A DNA stretch of 64,000 nt from Phoronis australis. Taxonomy: Eukaryota; Animalia; Phoronida. Both the position numbers and the translations under genes were made by a program. Shown piece by piece: positions 61,877 through 64,000 of the stretch. Where the stretch lies: positions 518,414 to 582,413 of the forward strand of contig NMRA01000214.1 of assembly GCA_002633005.1 (NCBI GenBank), given 5' to 3'. How positions within the stretch are numbered: the stretch's first letter is position 1; each line of letters opens with the position of its first letter. The notes below the pieces were generated by a model, which did no database searches, was not told the origin of the DNA, and saw only the letters and a program-made list of their open reading frames with translations.

Positions 61877-62522
61877 TGACCGGTTAAGTAGTAACTGAAA
61901 TTTGGAAAAAATGAATTGAACCAGAGGATACGCTGTATTTCATGGCGCTGAAAATCAATTCCGCAACTTCTTACTGCAGAAGAACCGTAGAACAGCAATT
62001 CGGCAGTAGCAGTGACTTACTTAGTTTGCTCGTGGAGGAGTAGTTTTTACTGACTTTACCACTTTGCCAGTGGCATTGATGCTGCAGTACCATATTGGAA
62101 TCAGCGTCGTATTGGAATATTGTAATACAGTCCAGTCAAGACAATGAATTACTGTGTATTAGTTGGTGCATATCTTGTATATCTTCGTAATTGAGATGGC
62201 TCTAAAATCTCATCAGTTTTGAACAAAGCAATCTCTAAATTTACTTCATTTTACAAGAGCTTGTAACCTTGTTGTGAACGCCCATCTTTTTCAAAATTTG
62301 TCTATAGGTTAGCTGCGGTACAGGTCTCGAACACGGTAGCATTATACTCATGCTGAATACATATCTTTCATGGAAAGTTGAAGAAATGAAATTTCTGTTG
62401 TCCGCCATAGTGTGACGTCCATACTGAACAACTAAGAACCTTATTTTCCTAGCAGGGTGATCGTCAGCACAACTTGGCGTTTTGGATAGATTTCCTCGTA
62501 TAAAGTGCGAAAAGACGTTGGA

Positions 62523-62588
62523 ATGTCCTCGAATGATCAAGACATAGTCTTGGCCGTCGCTGACTATGAAGCTACTCACAATGAGCAG
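62523..62588 (+). CDS. PRMT2: First coding exon of an SH3-domain protein, most like protein arginine N-methyltransferase 2; the gene probably continues beyond the window
   Basis: MSSNDQDIVLAVADYEATHNEQ|GTAAGC. VLAVADYEATHNEQ resembles the recalled PRMT2 SH3 start FVAIADYAATDETQ-LSF, and the exon ends in phase 0 at the same Q. An upstream acceptor ttattttcctagcag ends at ~62456. Only 22 codons are visible. Confidence 0.55.
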
Positions 62589-64000
62589 GTAAGCAGTGTT
62601 ATTGTCACTTTTCAACTCTCATATTCAGGAACAGGGGGTGCATTTAAAGGGTGAAATCTGGTTAAACTATATCGTGAATGTCTCCAAGAGATGTCGCCAA
62701 TTTTTTGAAGTGTAGCTCATGGTCTTTCTAGTTTTCACTCACTCTACAGAGTGCGCCGCTGGACGTTTCCAAGACCTGTTACTGTTAGCACACATTGTTT
62801 TCCTGTGAATACAGGTCTAGCCCTTGCTTTTCATGGGATTAGCGGTCAATCTCCATTTACTCTGCACAAAAAATAGATAATATTATATATTATTTCTGAT
62901 AGTTGGGGTGTGCAAAATAAACTGGATACCTTTGTAGTCCAAACTTGCAAAATTGAGGAACCAAATCCTGGCACCTGGTTACTGCTTTCTTTAGATGGGC
63001 GTGTCCAAGCCTTGTTTCTGTATATTGATTTTACAGCTTAGCAAATACCAATCTGAAACACACATGCTGCATACTGCCTCTCCAAATTCTGTCATATGCT
63101 GGAATGCATCCTCGTAGATAATTTCGACCACTAATCTAGAATCATCATACCGGGTAGCTGAAGTTGATCAGTCTTCGGTCATCACTTGGAGTGCCATCTG
63201 TTGTCTTGGTTAATGAAATGAAGGAACGGGAACAGGTTCAGATATTACACGTTTTACACACTGGCCAACCTTGTCCACATATAGAATACAGCAAAGTACA
63301 CTGGTTATTCTTTACTTATTTTTTAAAAATGGAATTGAATATATTTTCCTGATAGTCGTGGCATGCAGAGATATTCCTGGACTGTGCGTTTGCACCATAA
63401 GCCCATCAAAAAATAAAAAAGTGCAGTGCAGTAGTGTGTCCTCCTTGCACATCTTTGAAAATGCAACACTATTCCAAAAATGCTAGATTCTAGTCCACTT
63501 TCTGCCAGTCAGGTAAAACATGACTCTTTATTTTGATTGTCCTTGCGGTTATGGTTTCATGTGTTACCACTGTAATTACACTAAGTCTGCTGGGCACCAC
63601 TTTTTGAAAAAAGGCTCTTTTTAAAATTGTCAGGTGCTCCCAAAGGGAACAGGTTCAAACCTGCTCAGGAACATACCTTTGTGTGCCAAATAGAGGAAAT
63701 ATACAGACTTAATAGTTGACAGTTGTGAAAAATTAACGGAATAACGAGGCATCGCCAACTCCCCCTATTTGAATTTAATGAAGCGCAGCCAACGGGTTGG
63801 CAACATGACCCAATTAACAGTAAAGTGACTTGATGCTGTTCCAATACAATAAGAGTACTTGACTTCTCTTTTGAACTTAACTGTTAAGTGTGTTGACACT
63901 TATCCAGATCACCCTGTTCACCTCATGTTTACAGTAACACGAGATATCTTGTATGAATGGATGAATGAAGTGGTGATTATACTATGATCAGACCTTCTTA

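Noticed and set aside
62241-62615. 124-aa minus-strand ORF, including an ATGGCGGAC start-like site
   Set aside because: No recognisable domain or clear donor. It overlaps the better-supported plus-strand SH3 exon, and CCGCCAT is more likely a YY1-type promoter motif.
63037-63117. Acceptor ttttacag|CTTAGC as the next PRMT2-like exon
   Set aside because: It reads LSKYQSETHM... and hits a stop without the SH3 continuation (LSF..G....W).

Overview
This is AT-rich metazoan genomic DNA with spliceosomal GT-AG introns, from a draft assembly with two long N-gaps and two single-N joins flanked by duplicated sequence. It looks like an invertebrate, possibly a deuterostome, but the species cannot be determined. 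Almost all ORFs in the supplied track are spurious, and the real genes had to be assembled from exons by hand. (1) A three-exon minus-strand gene at 1115-3057 encodes an unrecognised ~135-aa secreted precursor with a signal peptide, a KRTRR furin-type site and six Cys, and has its own core promoter. (2) A six-exon minus-strand STARD4/5/6-family START-domain gene at 9823-45971 (209 aa) has a ~29-kb first intron containing a frame-preserving 15-nt microexon candidate. (3) A plus-strand HAX1 gene at 46330-55810 (8 exons, ~327 aa) lies head-to-head with it, 358 bp between start codons. (4) A first coding exon at 62523-62588 begins an SH3 domain most like PRMT2. The rest is intron and intergenic DNA with MITE families, a tRNA-derived SINE, a DINE-1/Helentron-like element, foldback hairpins and minisatellites. 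No prokaryotic features, CRISPR arrays or rRNA were seen.
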